A DNA stretch of 64,000 bases. Source: Lama guanicoe (Eukaryota). Where the stretch lies: positions 12,786,879 to 12,850,878 of the forward strand of contig MU053881.1 in NCBI GenBank assembly GCA_013239625.1, given 5' to 3'. How positions within the stretch are numbered: the first letter of the stretch is position 1; the number at the start of each line of letters is the position of its first letter. Below the pieces are notes generated by a model that was given only the letters and a program-made list of their open reading frames with translations, did no database searches and had not been told where the DNA came from. Shown piece by piece: positions 37,781 through 50,800 of the stretch. A program made the position numbers and the translations under genes.

Positions 37781-38844
37781 AACACACTAGGTAATGACTT
37801 CTAAGCCATAGCAATTCAGGGCATAACCTTCCCCAGATGGCTGTTTGAAACTGTTTAATTTGCTCTGTTGGTGGACTACCTTCTCATTAGTGAAGACATT
37901 TGGAAATATACCACTCAGTCCTAATTCAAGTGAATTAGATTTTCATCAGCTTCGGCGTGCACATGACTGTAATTAACAAGTAAAATGAGCACACACCATT
38001 TAAAATTCATTTCAGTATGGGAGAAAAATTCCGTTTGACCCCAAGTAAAATTCTCTGTGTGTTTACTCACTTAGTGGAAGACATTTGGGGAGAAGCACTT
38101 AACTTACTAACATGTCAGCAGATCGCAAATGAAACTGTACCTCCTAAAATGTAGTCAACATTCATTGAAATCTCTGAGTGCTTGGAGTCACAACCTGTGA
38201 GCTGGTGTGAAAGTCCTTTGTATATTTTATAATTTGTTTTCTCCTGTATGAATATTAGAGCGTCAGCTTTGTATTTATTGCTTGTTCTGTTTTGTATGGT
38301 TTCTCTAAGATGTGCTTAAGAGCTACCTACGAAGGAGTTAATATCCCAAACTCTGTGCTGAGTAAATGCAAGGAAATTAGTTGTTTGTAGTAAAAGTTCA
38401 AACTAGACAACCTGAAGTCTGTCTTCAAAGGCTTGACGTGGTGAGATTGAGTGAAATCTATAATGTTTTGAAAAAGGAAAGAAGAAAAGGCTGTTTCTTC
38501 GCTGGGCATCGGGGAAAGAGGGATTTGCTAATTATTGCGAGGTGTTCGGGCAATATGATGCCAGTTAGTTTTTTTCCTTTGCTGAAATGATAGCTGAAAA
38601 AGCCCACAGGGCCTTTTATGGGAGGTGCTTTGCTGAACTCAGACTTCTTTAGTCTGTTTGCTTTGTATTATTTTTTTTAACATATGCCGAAGAAGGGAAA
38701 GGAAGAAATATTGCCCCTATACAAAATCCACCTTGTAAACTCAGCTCTACAAACCAGTTTTGGCACATAGTAAAATGAACTCAGATTATTTAGCAGAATG
38801 ACTGCTGAGCTATTATGCCGTCTCTTTATTCTTTCACTAAATAT

Positions 38845-38888
38845 CACACACACATGCATACACACACACACAGACAGACACACGCACA
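38845..38888. repeat. Imperfect (CA)n microsatellite
   Basis: Seen directly. Confidence 0.9.
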
Positions 38889-40019
38889 TTTATGAGTCTC
38901 CAATGAGCTTGCCCCTATTCTAGTACCTGCAAACCTAGAAAAGTAGCACTTCTGCCTCAAAGCCACATACAATCTAGAAGATTATGTAGATTCAGTGATT
39001 TCTCAACAGCACAAACATTGATGTGACAGTAGTATGTTGAAAGTTACTCCTTAAATCCAAAGGCTAGATTGCATCTTTATTAATTCATAGGATATAAGAG
39101 TTAATAAAGCTTTGATTAAGTCATCCTAAAGTTTCTATAACTTTATTTTTTTTTTTATAGTGGAACCCATTTTGGCAGCATTTTATCAGGAACATGTTTA
39201 AATGTAGAGAAAACCTGAAATAACTTCACGGTGAACACCCTATTCACAGCATCCAGAGTGCACTATTAAAATTTAACTACACTTTTCTAATCACAACTCT
39301 ATCACTGATGCAGAAACATCCACTTTAGAATTTAATCTTTCGTGGAACCCTGACATTTCCTCAAGTAGACAAACTCAGCAATTCTCTGGTCACACTAGAG
39401 CTCAGTGCCCAGAGATCCACTTGCTCTGGCTAGCCCTTCCCTGAGGGGACCCCTGTGTCAGTTCCTCTGCACACAATTTGACAACCAATGATCTAGTCAA
39501 ACCTCATTATTATGCAGAGATAGAAACTTGCCGTCGCCAATGTAACTCTCCCTTCTAAGCTGCTGCTAGAGCTGGAACTGAAATTTATTTTTCTGTCTTT
39601 GCTACAGATGTAATCATTTTTTTAAAAAAAAGTCGTATGTTGTTTAAATAGATATCAGGCTGTATATTTTTGTATTCTGAAAGAATGACAACATGTATGA
39701 TGCTGATTAGAATGAGTGTGAAATAGCTTAGCCCATGGGATGCAGGGAGATTAGCTATTGTTGAGACATTGCTCAGGGGTTATATGTAAGCCACAGGGCA
39801 TTGGTCATGCTGCAGGTCATCAGAAAACTAAATCTTACTGTCAACCCAGGTTATTATACAAATCCTCTTAAGTAACGTCTCTTTTCTTGCTGTTCGACTC
39901 ACTGATTTACTCATGCATTTATTCAGACAGCTCCTTTTTGGTGTTCGTATTCCCTTCTGTCAGTTACATAGCGTTTTTCTTTTAATACAGCAACGTAATA
40001 TTTGCAGTTTCTTCTACTG

Positions 40020-40310
40020 GAGTGTTTTGCCTCTAGCTTTTTCAAAGGTTAGCTTCTGCTAGGCCTATCGATATTGAGTTAAATATCACTTCCTCAGAAA
40101 AGCCTTCCTGGCTTAAGGTAGTCTGAGTTGCCATACAACACATCATTGTATGTATTTCTCTCAGGGCACTTATTACCGTCTGTAATTATCTGGTTTTGTT
40201 TTGGTTGTTTGATTATTTTCTGTTTGTTTATTTTCTGCCTGAAGTCAGGACCAAAAGAAAAAAAAAGAAAAAAGAAAAAAAAAACAACCCTGGCTTACAG
40301 TAAATATTCA
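40020..40310 (+). mobile_element. L2 3' fragment
   Basis: aaatatcacttcctcagaaaagccttcctg...agtaaatatt. Confidence 0.7.
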
Positions 40311-43260
40311 CTCATCCATTTAACATTCACTATGTGCCAGGCATGGTTTGGACTCCAAAATACTCCAATGGAAAAAAAAAAATAGACAAAGTCCTTGCTC
40401 TTTAAATTTTAAATTTTCATGAGGGGAAGACAAATAATGCATGTCAAGAGTAAATAAATAGAATAATAAGAAAAATAGAAAATTAAAAAAAAATAGGGAG
40501 AGATCAGAGAGTGATGGAAGGTGCTCTTCAAGATGTGGTGGTCAGATAGTTTCTCTGGGGAGGTGATATTGTAGCAGAGCTGTGAATTAAGTGAGAGAGA
40601 AATCATTGCGACACCAGGGAGAAGAGCCTTGCAGGCAGAGGGAAGCGTGTGCATAATCGCTTAAGTAGTACTGGTTTTAGCCTGTGCCGATAACAGGAAA
40701 AAGTTCAGTAAGCTGTGGTGGGCACACCACGGTGTCGGGGTCGGTGTCCGTGTTGGTGACACGGATTGGTACAAGAATTACCAGAGACCGAGAAGAGTTT
40801 TGGAAAGTTTAATAGGGACGCTCCTATAGGCAGCAGCAGGCCACGCAGACAAGAGGTGCCCATGTGAGCACTGAGCGTGGGTGTGCAGGGTCTTTTATGG
40901 GGGAGACGGCTATGCATACATGGAGTAGGGGGCTACATGATCAGTTTGTGCATGGGTACCTGATGGTTGTAAGATCTTTTGAGGACTTCTCTGAACAATA
41001 GGTTTTATGACTTTGATAAGGGCAGGATGCCTGAGGTATTGTGAGATGGGCTATCTCTTGGGGCGATGAGTTTGTTAGGGTAAACATCAACAGACGATTT
41101 TATCTTGCAGAAATGCAGGTATGCGTAGGTCCAGCAGTGGGGATTGGGGGTTAAGGTGTTATGGCTCCAGGCACATGGAGAGCCCACAAGCTGGGGGTTT
41201 TATGACTCCAGAGAGTGCCAGCCAGCTCCACGTGAGCCTGTAGAAGAGATTGCAAAATAAAATGGTAGGAGATGAGATGTTTGGGGACCAAGTAAAACTC
41301 TGTAATTTTATTTGTAAGGAGAGGTTTTCACTTCTTTTTAGCATGAGAGAATAATGGTTGATTTGATGTATATTGTACAAGAATCAGTCTGGCTGATGTG
41401 TGGAGAGGAGACTGATAGTAGGGCTGCAGGAATAGAACACGTGAAAGATGTTGGTGTCCTGGGTTGGAGTAATACTATCTGTAAGAGTGGTCAAGATGGG
41501 ATATATTCTGAAGGGAGTAACAGCAAGATGCCAGGTGTTTATCCTGAGAACTGGAAGAATGTGGTTGTCATTCATTAAGGTGAGGGAGGGCGAGGAAAAA
41601 GCTGGGGAGAAACATCAAGGGTTTGGTTTTGGATGTGTTAAATTTGAGGCTCCTATTACGCACTCAAGAGGATAAATTAAGGAGGCAGATGAACGTAGGA
41701 GTCTGAAGTTCAGAAGAAAGCCAAGGCCGAAGAAATTAAATTGTGAGTCATCAGTATAAAGATGGCATATAAACAGTGAAACAGACTAAGGTCACCTAGA
41801 GACTGAGTGTACATAGGTCAAAGAAGATATCCAAGGACAGACCATCCTTGTGTACTCTCTTATTTAGAGCTTGGGAAAATATAAAAATTCAGCAAAGAAG
41901 ACAATGAAGTAGGAGGCAGGAGTGAGGTAGGAGGCAAGAAAGAAATATGATATTATATAAATCAAATGACAAGAAGAAAGGAGTGATTATCTACATCAGA
42001 TGCTAGTTAATAAGTTGAATAATACAAGAACTAAAAATTAGCCATTGTATTCCTTCATGTAGAGGTCATTACTGACCTTGACAAGAATGGATTTGATGAT
42101 TGGAGTGGGTTGAAAAGATAATAAATGGAGACTAGCATTTCAAAGAGTTATGCCCTAAAAAGAAGATGAACCGGTGCTAACTGAAGAGGAATATGAAATA
42201 AGAGATTACTGTTAAATGCAGAATTATCATAAAAATGTTTTTGATGATGGAAATGATCTGGTGAAAGAGACATTAGTGGTGACTGAGATAGAGCAGACAA
42301 CTGGATGAATAATGTTCTATGGTGAGCAAAGAGGGATCGTACAAAGAAGTGAGGAAGACTGATTGATTGTTACCGCAGGGAAAGAGAATGGGAAAAGTGA
42401 TTTGAGAATTTTTGTAAAGTTGTGATTAAAATGATAAGTTTGGAATCTACATTGGTTAGGGAGGGGTATGTGAATATAAGGGAGGAAGGTCAACATATCA
42501 GAAGTCTCTGTGGTTGAGGAATTGATAATGTCAGGCTATTTGAGGGAAATGGGATTTTAGAGGTACAGTTAATAAAAACAAAAAAGAATTTCAAAGGCAG
42601 GGGCGCTATTAGTAATGAAACTCTAACTTATTGTTAAATCCCTCAGAAAATTTGTTTTTTTTTTAATCCATCCATCTATGTATTCTTTCTTGCTTGCTTG
42701 CCAGCTTCCATTCTTTATTTTAAAGACTATTTCCGGACTCTATTCTCTGAAATTATGACATTAATTGGTGTGGGCTGTAGAACTAGAATGCTGAAGTTTA
42801 AAAAAACATTCCCAGGTATTGTTGATATGGAGACCCACTGGTTTATGAGACTGGTTTGCAAGCTTAGCTGCACATAGGAATTACTTGATGTCATTTGAAG
42901 CAAGAAAATTAAGGCATTGGATGCATTGTTTCTTTGGGTTGTGAAATCACAAATAAAAAATGATAGGAATTGAGGATGCAGAAAAGTATGAGCAAGGTGT
43001 TAAAATCTTGAAGGAATGACATCAGTCTGTTGATGACGGCACAGATTGGGAAACATGGCACAGTTTGACACTAAGATCTGGAGGTGTTCACTAGGGAGAA
43101 GGGAGGAATAGTGGTTTGAATGCAGCAGTGGGAGGCAAAGTGATGAGTTACCCCACCTCCAGGTCTAGGATATGGCAACTGAAACAGCCACCAATTGAGA
43201 GAATTTCAGGGGACCCCAAGGGAAGGTGAAGGAAATGTTATGGAAGTTCTTCAGGTTTCT
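40310..43260 (-). mobile_element. Long fragmented L2, interrupted by a solo LTR and by MER5-like fragments (about 42720-42890)
   Basis: ctatgtgccaggcat...agacaaagtccttgctct; tttggttttggatgtgttaaatttgagg; gaggtcattactgaccttgacaaga. Confidence 0.8.
40716..41188 (-). mobile_element. Solo LTR of an endogenous retrovirus (473 bp)
   Basis: TG...CA termini with the short inverted repeat tggtgggc/gcccaca and a perfect TSD AGCTG (40711-40715, 41189-41193). The minus strand has TATA-like ATAAAA (40893-40898) followed by ATTAAA (40808-40813). Confidence 0.85.
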
Positions 43261-43553
43261 TGGGATTTGACAACCAAGCACTATAGATTTCAATGAATGT
43301 TTGCTGAGTGAACAAAAACTTCTTTTTTTCAGATCAGTGTGGTGTGTGTACAGCAGATATGATGACCATATGATGTTGGATTAAAAATAATTATTTGGAC
43401 ATCTCTTTACCTTATTTATTTAAGTAGAATTTACATTGTGGAATATCAACAGATAAAATGTTATTTGCTTTGAGTTCACACCGAGTTCATCTATTACTAA
43501 TGGCAGGTTTACGTGAAGATGTATGATTCCTTTTTTTTTTAATATTTTATGGA

Positions 43554-43980
43554 TGAGTTATTGAATATGCAAATAGACAATGGCCAGACAGTATATGACA
43601 ACACATTTCTGCAGCAACTGGCTTAGGAAGCCAAACCATGTCTTGTGTAGCAATCAGTGCAGAATGGTCAGGATTTGTTCAATAGTTTCCCTATATTTTG
43701 TGCTTATTCCAACTCAGGACCAGCCAGAAAAGCCAAACAAGCTTTTGAAACCACTCACATAAGGTACTTGGCTTTTAGGGAGCCTACAATTGGCTTCTCC
43801 CTGCCAACTATTTCCAGTGTGAATATATCTGAAGCCCTACTTTTTTCATTGTAAAGCTTTCTCATTTCTCTGCCTGCCTTTGGGTCTCTGCTAAGTGCAA
43901 GTGATGAATACTGACTTTCTTTGCTATTGCAAGCTCTGAATAGCCTCTGTTCTCATTTGGGTGGTCTTTGTTTATTTTCA
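43554..43980 (+). mobile_element. MER34/MER39-like ERV1 LTR
   Basis: aatggccagac...ttccaactcaggaccagccagaaaagccaaa...gcaagctctgaata. Confidence 0.65.
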
Positions 43981-44369
43981 TATGTGAGTGACTAATAAGA
44001 ATGTGCAAGTAGGTAATAATAAATTATTTGAGCCCATTAAGTGTTAAAACTTACAAAAATAAGGTATTTTAATGAAATATTCTAATAGAAGTAGTTCTCC
44101 TAATTTTATTTTTTAGAATTATTGATAGCTATACTTTTTGTAAAAGATATAAGGGTTGTTTAAATAGCTAAATAGTAATGAAAATTTGTTGTGGAAATGA
44201 TACCTAAGTTATTTTTATCCCATAGAAGATATAAGTTCAGCTTATGGACATGTTAATGTGCATGAATATTTTCAAATGCATGCTGAATATATTAATTCTT
44301 CAAAATGTTACAATATAGTACAAAATGTTATAATATAGTACATAGACTTGCATGAAATATATAACTTTG

Positions 44370-44499
44370 GGGGAAGGTATAGCTCACGTGGTAGAGCACA
44401 TGCTTGGTGTGCATGAGATCCTGGATTCAATCCCCAGTATCGCCATTAAGAAATAATTAAATAAATACACCTAATTACCTTTGCCCTCCCAAAATATGT
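44370..44499 (+). mobile_element. Camelid tRNA-derived SINE (Vic-1 type)
   Basis: ggggaaggtatagctcacgtggtagagc...ggattcaatcccc...cctaattacc, with perfect TSD atatataactttg (44357-44369, 44500-44512). Confidence 0.92.
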
Positions 44500-45004
44500 A
44501 TATATAACTTTGAATATGAATATTAATGGATATTAGAGAATATGTGTGTGTTTAATTTTTTAAAGGTTTATTTTCAGTAAGACAGCTTACCTTTGCAATT
44601 TAAAAAAAAATTCATGCTTTTTATAATCCTGAATATCGACCAGTTTTTAAAAAATAATAAATGTGCATAAAATTCTGAGCTAGATATCATTCCTTTTTGC
44701 AGAGTTTTGAGGTATTAATATTTTTTCCTCCATATTTTTTCTAAAGATATATCAAAAAATGATATTTGCCATGGAAGTCTATTTTGTATGCTAACTAGAT
44801 GTTACTTATGCATATAAAAGTATTGAAAAAAATCCTTAGAGAGAGGTTTTTAATCCATTAGGAAGTGCTAATGCATAGGTCTATGCTATTAACTTTCATA
44901 TAAAAATGTTACTTCAAGGTATAAGTATTTACCATGACAAAAATTTTCTTAATAATATTTGAATTTAATTTAATATATTACTTCACAATTGCATTATGAT
45001 TTTG

Positions 45005-45185
45005 ATGGTTCTTAATATGTGAACCATGTAACAATGGCATTACCTGGGAACTTTTAAGAAATAAAAGTTCTCAGACCCCATCCCAGGTTGACTGAATCAG
45101 AAACTTTGGGGATGGGGCTAAGAATGTGTGTTTTAGTAAGTCTTCCCAGGTGATTTTGATGAAAAAGTTTGAGATCCTCAGATCT
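45005..45185. mobile_element. MER5A element
   Basis: ggcattacctgggaactt...actgaatcagaaactttggggatgggg...cccaggtgattttgatg. Confidence 0.85.
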
Positions 45186-46044
45186 ATATAATGCTCCTAA
45201 TTAATCCACGGAAACTTTCAACAGTAATAACAAAAATGAATGTTTGATATACACAGTGAACACTATTAAGCTTTACTGAAGTTTTATGAAAATGACTAAA
45301 TATACCATACGTTTTGCGCCCCTGGAGATAAGGCAGTCAGAATAGTTTCTGAATTTGAAGTGTGGGACAGTGATCTATAAAGGCTAATAATATTTCTTTC
45401 CTAGAATTTTATTCCTAGTTGCATAATTCAGTCAATTTACAAAAAACTAAAGAAAATGGGTAATATTATAGCTTAGGAACCTTTACGAAATAGTGGTCAG
45501 CCATCCATTCCATCTTGAAAAATAGAAAGTCTTAATTCTTCTAGTAGTTAACTTTAGTTATCTGCTGTACCTCAGTTTCATAGAGCAGGGATTCCAAACT
45601 CAAATACATTAATGGTCCAGGCTGGTAACTTGATGAAGCTGGTCAAATGAAATCTTCATTTCTATGCAGAAAATTGTTTTCTTCCAGTTATACTGAAGTA
45701 GACCTTTCAGTTTATAATTAATTTTCCACCTTTGACAGGGACATGGGAACAGATAATGCATGCCATTTTTTTCTGGTTCTGGGAAAACAGCAATGCAAGC
45801 ACAATGATGACTATGAACAGAACCTCCATCTCAGTGTTAGGAAGCAGAGAGAGATTGTGGCAACTGAAGTGCTGTCTTGTCTTAATGGCAGGAAACGGTC
45901 CCAGTGAGGGGGGCGGGCAGAGCCTGCTCTCCACACCTGCCAAATGTGGCCATATGTAATGTGAAGTTGACAGTGTTGTAGCTCCCACTCTTCCCACAAA
46001 GGAGGCTAGAAATTGAGTTTTTAATCTATAATTTCTTAAAAAAA

Positions 46045-46615
46045 ACTTTTTTTGTGGTAAGGACACTTAATACGAGATGTTCCCTATTAACAGAATTTTA
46101 AGTGCACAATACCATGCTGTTAACTACAGGCACAATGCTGTGCAGCAGGTGTCCAGAACTTGTTCATCTCACGTAGCTGAAACTTTGTACCCATTGGATA
46201 GCAACTCCCCATTTCCTGTCTCTCAGCCACAGGCAACCACCATTTCACTCTCTGTTTCTGTGAGTTTGGCTCTTCTAGATACCTCATGTTAGTGGAATCA
46301 TATACTGTTTGTCCTTTTGTGACTGGCTTATTTCACTTCATGTGTTATCTCCAGTTTTGTCTATGTTGCTACAATGGCAGAATTTTCTTCTCTTTTCAAG
46401 GCTAAGTAATACCCTCTTGTGTGTGTATACCACATTTTCTTGATCTATTCATTCATTGATGGGTATCTGGGCTGTTTCCACATTTTGGCTATTATGAATA
46501 AGCTGTGATAAGCATAATAGCGTATAAATATCTTTAAGATCCTGATTTCAGTTCTTGTAGAAATATACCCAGAAGGGGGTTGCTAGACCATATAGTAATT
46601 CTATTTTTAATTTAA
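46045..46615 (-). mobile_element. L1 (L1MA9-like) 3' end
   Basis: ttttgtggtaaggacacttaa...ttaactacaggcacaatgctgtgcagcag...ctgaaactttgtaccc. Confidence 0.9.
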
Positions 46616-47149
46616 ATTGACTCAGTAGGACCCACAGTCTTTGGCACTTGGTAAACTCTATGTAGACAGTTTTATTTAGGTAGAAAGTGAACTCACTATC
46701 TTATTGGAGAAAAGAATGTGGATACAGGAGGTTGAGGAGATTTTTCCATGATGCATACCTTCTATATTTCTGAATCAGAACTATCTAATATCCCTAATCA
46801 GACAAAAATAATGGGTCATTTTACCCAAGCATGTTCATCTTTCCCTGGTTTTTTAACCAGCTAATTTTAGAGGTTGTATTGCCCTAGGACAACTAGAAAA
46901 CTGTTTTAGTCAACATCTAACTAAGCTCTAAAAGCTTCAGGTAGCACTCAAAAAATCTGGTTTACTTACTTCAGGTAGCTTAATAATGAAAAGCTTTTAC
47001 ATAATTCCTTTTTTTCTGTCTTCTATACCTATACTCTACCTCTTTTCTCTTTCATGATAGACATCTGTTCTGATACATTTAATGAGTTTCTTTTGGTTTA
47101 TTTATGTTCTTGCCAAATAGATATTGTCGCTTTATATGCATGTATTTTT

Positions 47150-47497
47150 TTTTAATTGAAATACAGTCAGTTACAATGTGTCAATTTCATGGATAGCATA
47201 ATGTTTCAGTCATACATATACATACATATGTTTTCATTCTTTTTCATTATAGGTTATTATAAGATATTGAATATAGTTCCCTGTGCTATACAGAAAAAAT
47301 TTGGGTTTTTATCTATTTTATATATAGTAGTTAATATTTGCAAATCTCAAACTCCCAATTTATCCCTTCCCACCCCCTTTCCCCCTCGGTAACCATAAGT
47401 TTGTTTACTATGTTTGTGAATCTGTTTCTGTTTTGTAGATAAGTTCATTAGTATCTCCTTCCTTCCTTCCTTCCTTCCTTCCTTCCTTCCTTCCTTC

Positions 47498-47568
<71 letters not shown>

Positions 47569-47583
47569 TCCTTTCTTTCTTTC

Positions 47584-47616
<33 letters not shown>

Positions 47617-47843
47617 AGATTCCATATATGAGTGATATAATATGGTATTTTTCTTTCTCTTTCTGGCTTACTTCTTCTTAGAATAATGATCTCCAGATTC
47701 ATCTATGTTGCTGCAAATGGCATTATTTTATTCTTTCTTATGGCTGAGTAGTATTCCATGGTATAAATATACCACAGCTTCTTTATCCAGTCCTCTGTTG
47801 ATGGACATTTAGGTTGTTTCCATGTCTTGGCTATTGTAAATAG
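47150..47843 (-). mobile_element. Young 5'-truncated L1 with an 18-bp TSD
   Basis: Same family as the 7283 copy. TSD ttatatgcatgtattttt (47132-47149) / ttatatgcgtgtattttt (47844-47861), followed by AA (TTTT/AA endonuclease site). Confidence 0.95.
47456..47616. repeat. Compound (TTCC)n(TTTC)n(TC)n polypyrimidine microsatellite
   Basis: About 160 bp of pure pyrimidines, seen directly. Confidence 0.97.
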
Positions 47844-50800
47844 TTATATGCGTGTATTTTTAATTCATTTGAAAGTAATTGCATTACATTTAAAAAGTTC
47901 AGCATTGTAATTACTATATAATCTCTAATTATGGTTGTCTATAAAGTGACAAACCGCAGTTATTTAAACAGAAGAAGATTTCTACCTATTGAGCTGCAGT
48001 GAAGCTTAAACAATTAAACTTTATAAGATGTTTTGACATTTTTAATAGATTTATGATCTTTAAAGAAAATTTTAGTTTCTTCCTTAACTTTCCCTTTCTT
48101 TAGAAAAGCACAGTATTTGAATAAGCCCCAAATTTTTAGGGTGAACATATCTAGATTGCTAGATTAATTATTAAATGCATATGTTGAGGATAAAGAAATT
48201 CACGTTAGGTACTTTTTCCCTTTAAAATATCATAAAACAGACCACTCAGACATTTGAAGCTGTATGCTAAAGTGACAAGTAACAAGTTTAAAAATAAAGT
48301 AGAATTTAAATTTAATATTCACCTGTTCTTAACTAAGTTTGGTTCATACATTCATTTCATTAGTGATAGTACATAGATATAAAAATAGACATACTGTCAG
48401 ACCATGCTGCCTAATGGATAATTCTTATTCTGGAGGTTTAATGAAAGATGTCCCCTGTATCTTTGCATGAACACTTTCTCTCAGTGACAGCACGTTTTTC
48501 TGTCTTTAGCATCCCATTTCTTGGTTGTCATTTTTGCTGCATTTTTCCCCCTCTGGTTTTAAAATACTATCAATCTTAGTTTCTAGAAATAGAAAGGAGT
48601 ATAGTAAAAAAAAAAAAAAAGTAAATGAAGCATAATCAGAAATAAAGCAACACTGAAATGTAAAATTAAGAATAAGCTCACTTTTGAATATGGATACTGG
48701 TATACTGGATGTGTTATTTTCAAAGGGTATTTAATAGTATAAGACATAACTCTTTGTGACTTAGTTGATTTCATCTCAGGAATGTCAGGTTGGTTTACAT
48801 CTGTCTGTTGAATCACATCAATAAACAGAACAAAATTACCTTGGAGCTACTACAAATCATTAGAGAGAATTAAATACAAATGGCTGAAAAATACATACAC
48901 CTATTAAAGTCACTCCAGAAGGACATTTTTAAGGTTAATAAGTAGTTTTCTATTTTAAGTCAAATGAAAACATTAACTATTACAATGAAACCCTAGAGAT
49001 ATTTCTACTAACATAAGTACTAAGATAAAGATGCCAACTATTAATATGTTATGGAAAACTGTTTTCAAAATGCTAGCCTATGTAATGAGACAAGAAAATT
49101 AAATAATAAGTAAATATATTATGAAAGAGTTAAATATCATCATTTATGATGATAGAATTAGCTTTAGTGTGATTTTCATCCAGATGAATACACCTTTTCT
49201 CAAACATATTCCTAAAATAATGACAAGTAAAAGAATGAGGCAGTGAAGAAATACAACTGTATGATCTTAACCACTGATACGGCCAAGTATACTGGAAAAA
49301 ATAGTTTGATACTACCCCAGGTGCTCACTTTAAATGTTTTTTTAATCTTCTTTCTCTCATAGTCTCACTTTGAGGAACTAATTGTTCCCAGATACTTGCT
49401 CAAACTCTTCCCCAAGGTAATTCTGACTGGAATACATTTGACTCTGTAATTATTTATTTCCTTACTGTACAGAGGTGGTGAGTGGTATACTGCAAGGAAA
49501 TTGTGAATGTTCATATGCATCTCAGCCTTAACTGAAAACTTAACCCCAGGGTCAAACTCTCTCTGTGTCTTCAGCTTTCCTTATTCTTATGTTTCAAATA
49601 ATGCATTGCATTCTAATATTCTGAAGGTTTTGGTTTTCCTCAAGATCTTGGTAGCATGCACACAGCCCCCATATTTCACAGTTTTAAATTCTCTTTCTTC
49701 CACCTATCCCTGTGCACTTTCCATTTGCTTTCAAAATAGATTCTTGTTTAGATTAGCATTGCCCAGTCAACAGCAAGAGCCTCATTATAGTATGTTATCT
49801 GCTTCCTTCAGGCCCAGAAACTTCACATTTCATTTCCTATTCTTCTAGCTTGATATTATTTCCCTTTTAATATCATGGCTTTTGTATAAAATGAATAAAG
49901 CTATGACTTGGCCAAAGCCCTTAATATAACTCCAGACAATGTGAAATGGAAATGTTACTTATTTTTCTAAAGGTGTGAAAAAAATGAATACTTTTTAATG
50001 TCTTTCCTGCCACAAACAACCCTTTTTAGTTGGCTTTATAAATGCATTATAAGATATATTTATTTGTCTAAAAGTGTTGCTGAAATAGGTTTAAATAAAC
50101 TCTTTATCCCTTTCTCTGGAGGGGATGGGAGGGGAAAATGGATGAAGGTGTACAAGGAATACAAACTTCTAGTTCTAAAATGAATAAGTTCTGGGGGTAT
50201 AATGTACAAGTTCTAGGAGAAAACTGTAAAAGAGAGAAACTAGCATGAAGAACATTTCTATTTCTAAGCAAAAAGAGAAGTAAAAAGTAAATCCTAAAGG
50301 AAGACCATTAAGAAGAAAAGAGCAATATGAAGAGGAACTTGTCAGTTCAGCTAAAATATTACATATAAATAATAACCAACTTGATAAGTAAACACATATG
50401 GACATTTGTACATTCTGAGTTTAGTCATAAATTCAAGCAAGTGATATAATAACGTTCTATACAGAGATGTTCAAGGTTCGAATTGTTCTTTGTTGTGCTC
50501 TAGGACTCTGTGAATACCCAAAGATATACTGGAAAGAAGAGAGAATTTTGTCTTCATCGAGAGTAGTTCTTTCTGTCTTTGGACACACTGGATTTCTGTG
50601 AAACATTTACTTTGAAAAAAGTTACTCATTTTGAAAAGTGATTGGATAACCATTGTTCTTGATTAATAATTTCCAGGAAGATTATCAGGAGCTGGTAATT
50701 TATTCTTAGGATGAGGAGAAAACCCTAATATAATAAGATAGAACTATGATAAAGGTTCAAACACTTATCAGTGATAGTTCTTTATGATACTTGCAGGTCT

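Noticed and set aside
47347..47702. K/E/R-rich minus-strand ORFs
   Set aside because: They are translations of the (GAAA)n/(GGAA)n microsatellite plus the L1 ORF2 tail.
49455..49485. Possible 5-nt microexon cag|aggtg|gtgagt
   Set aside because: It would shift the frame, lacks the upstream TGC motif of neural microexons, and is plausible by chance.
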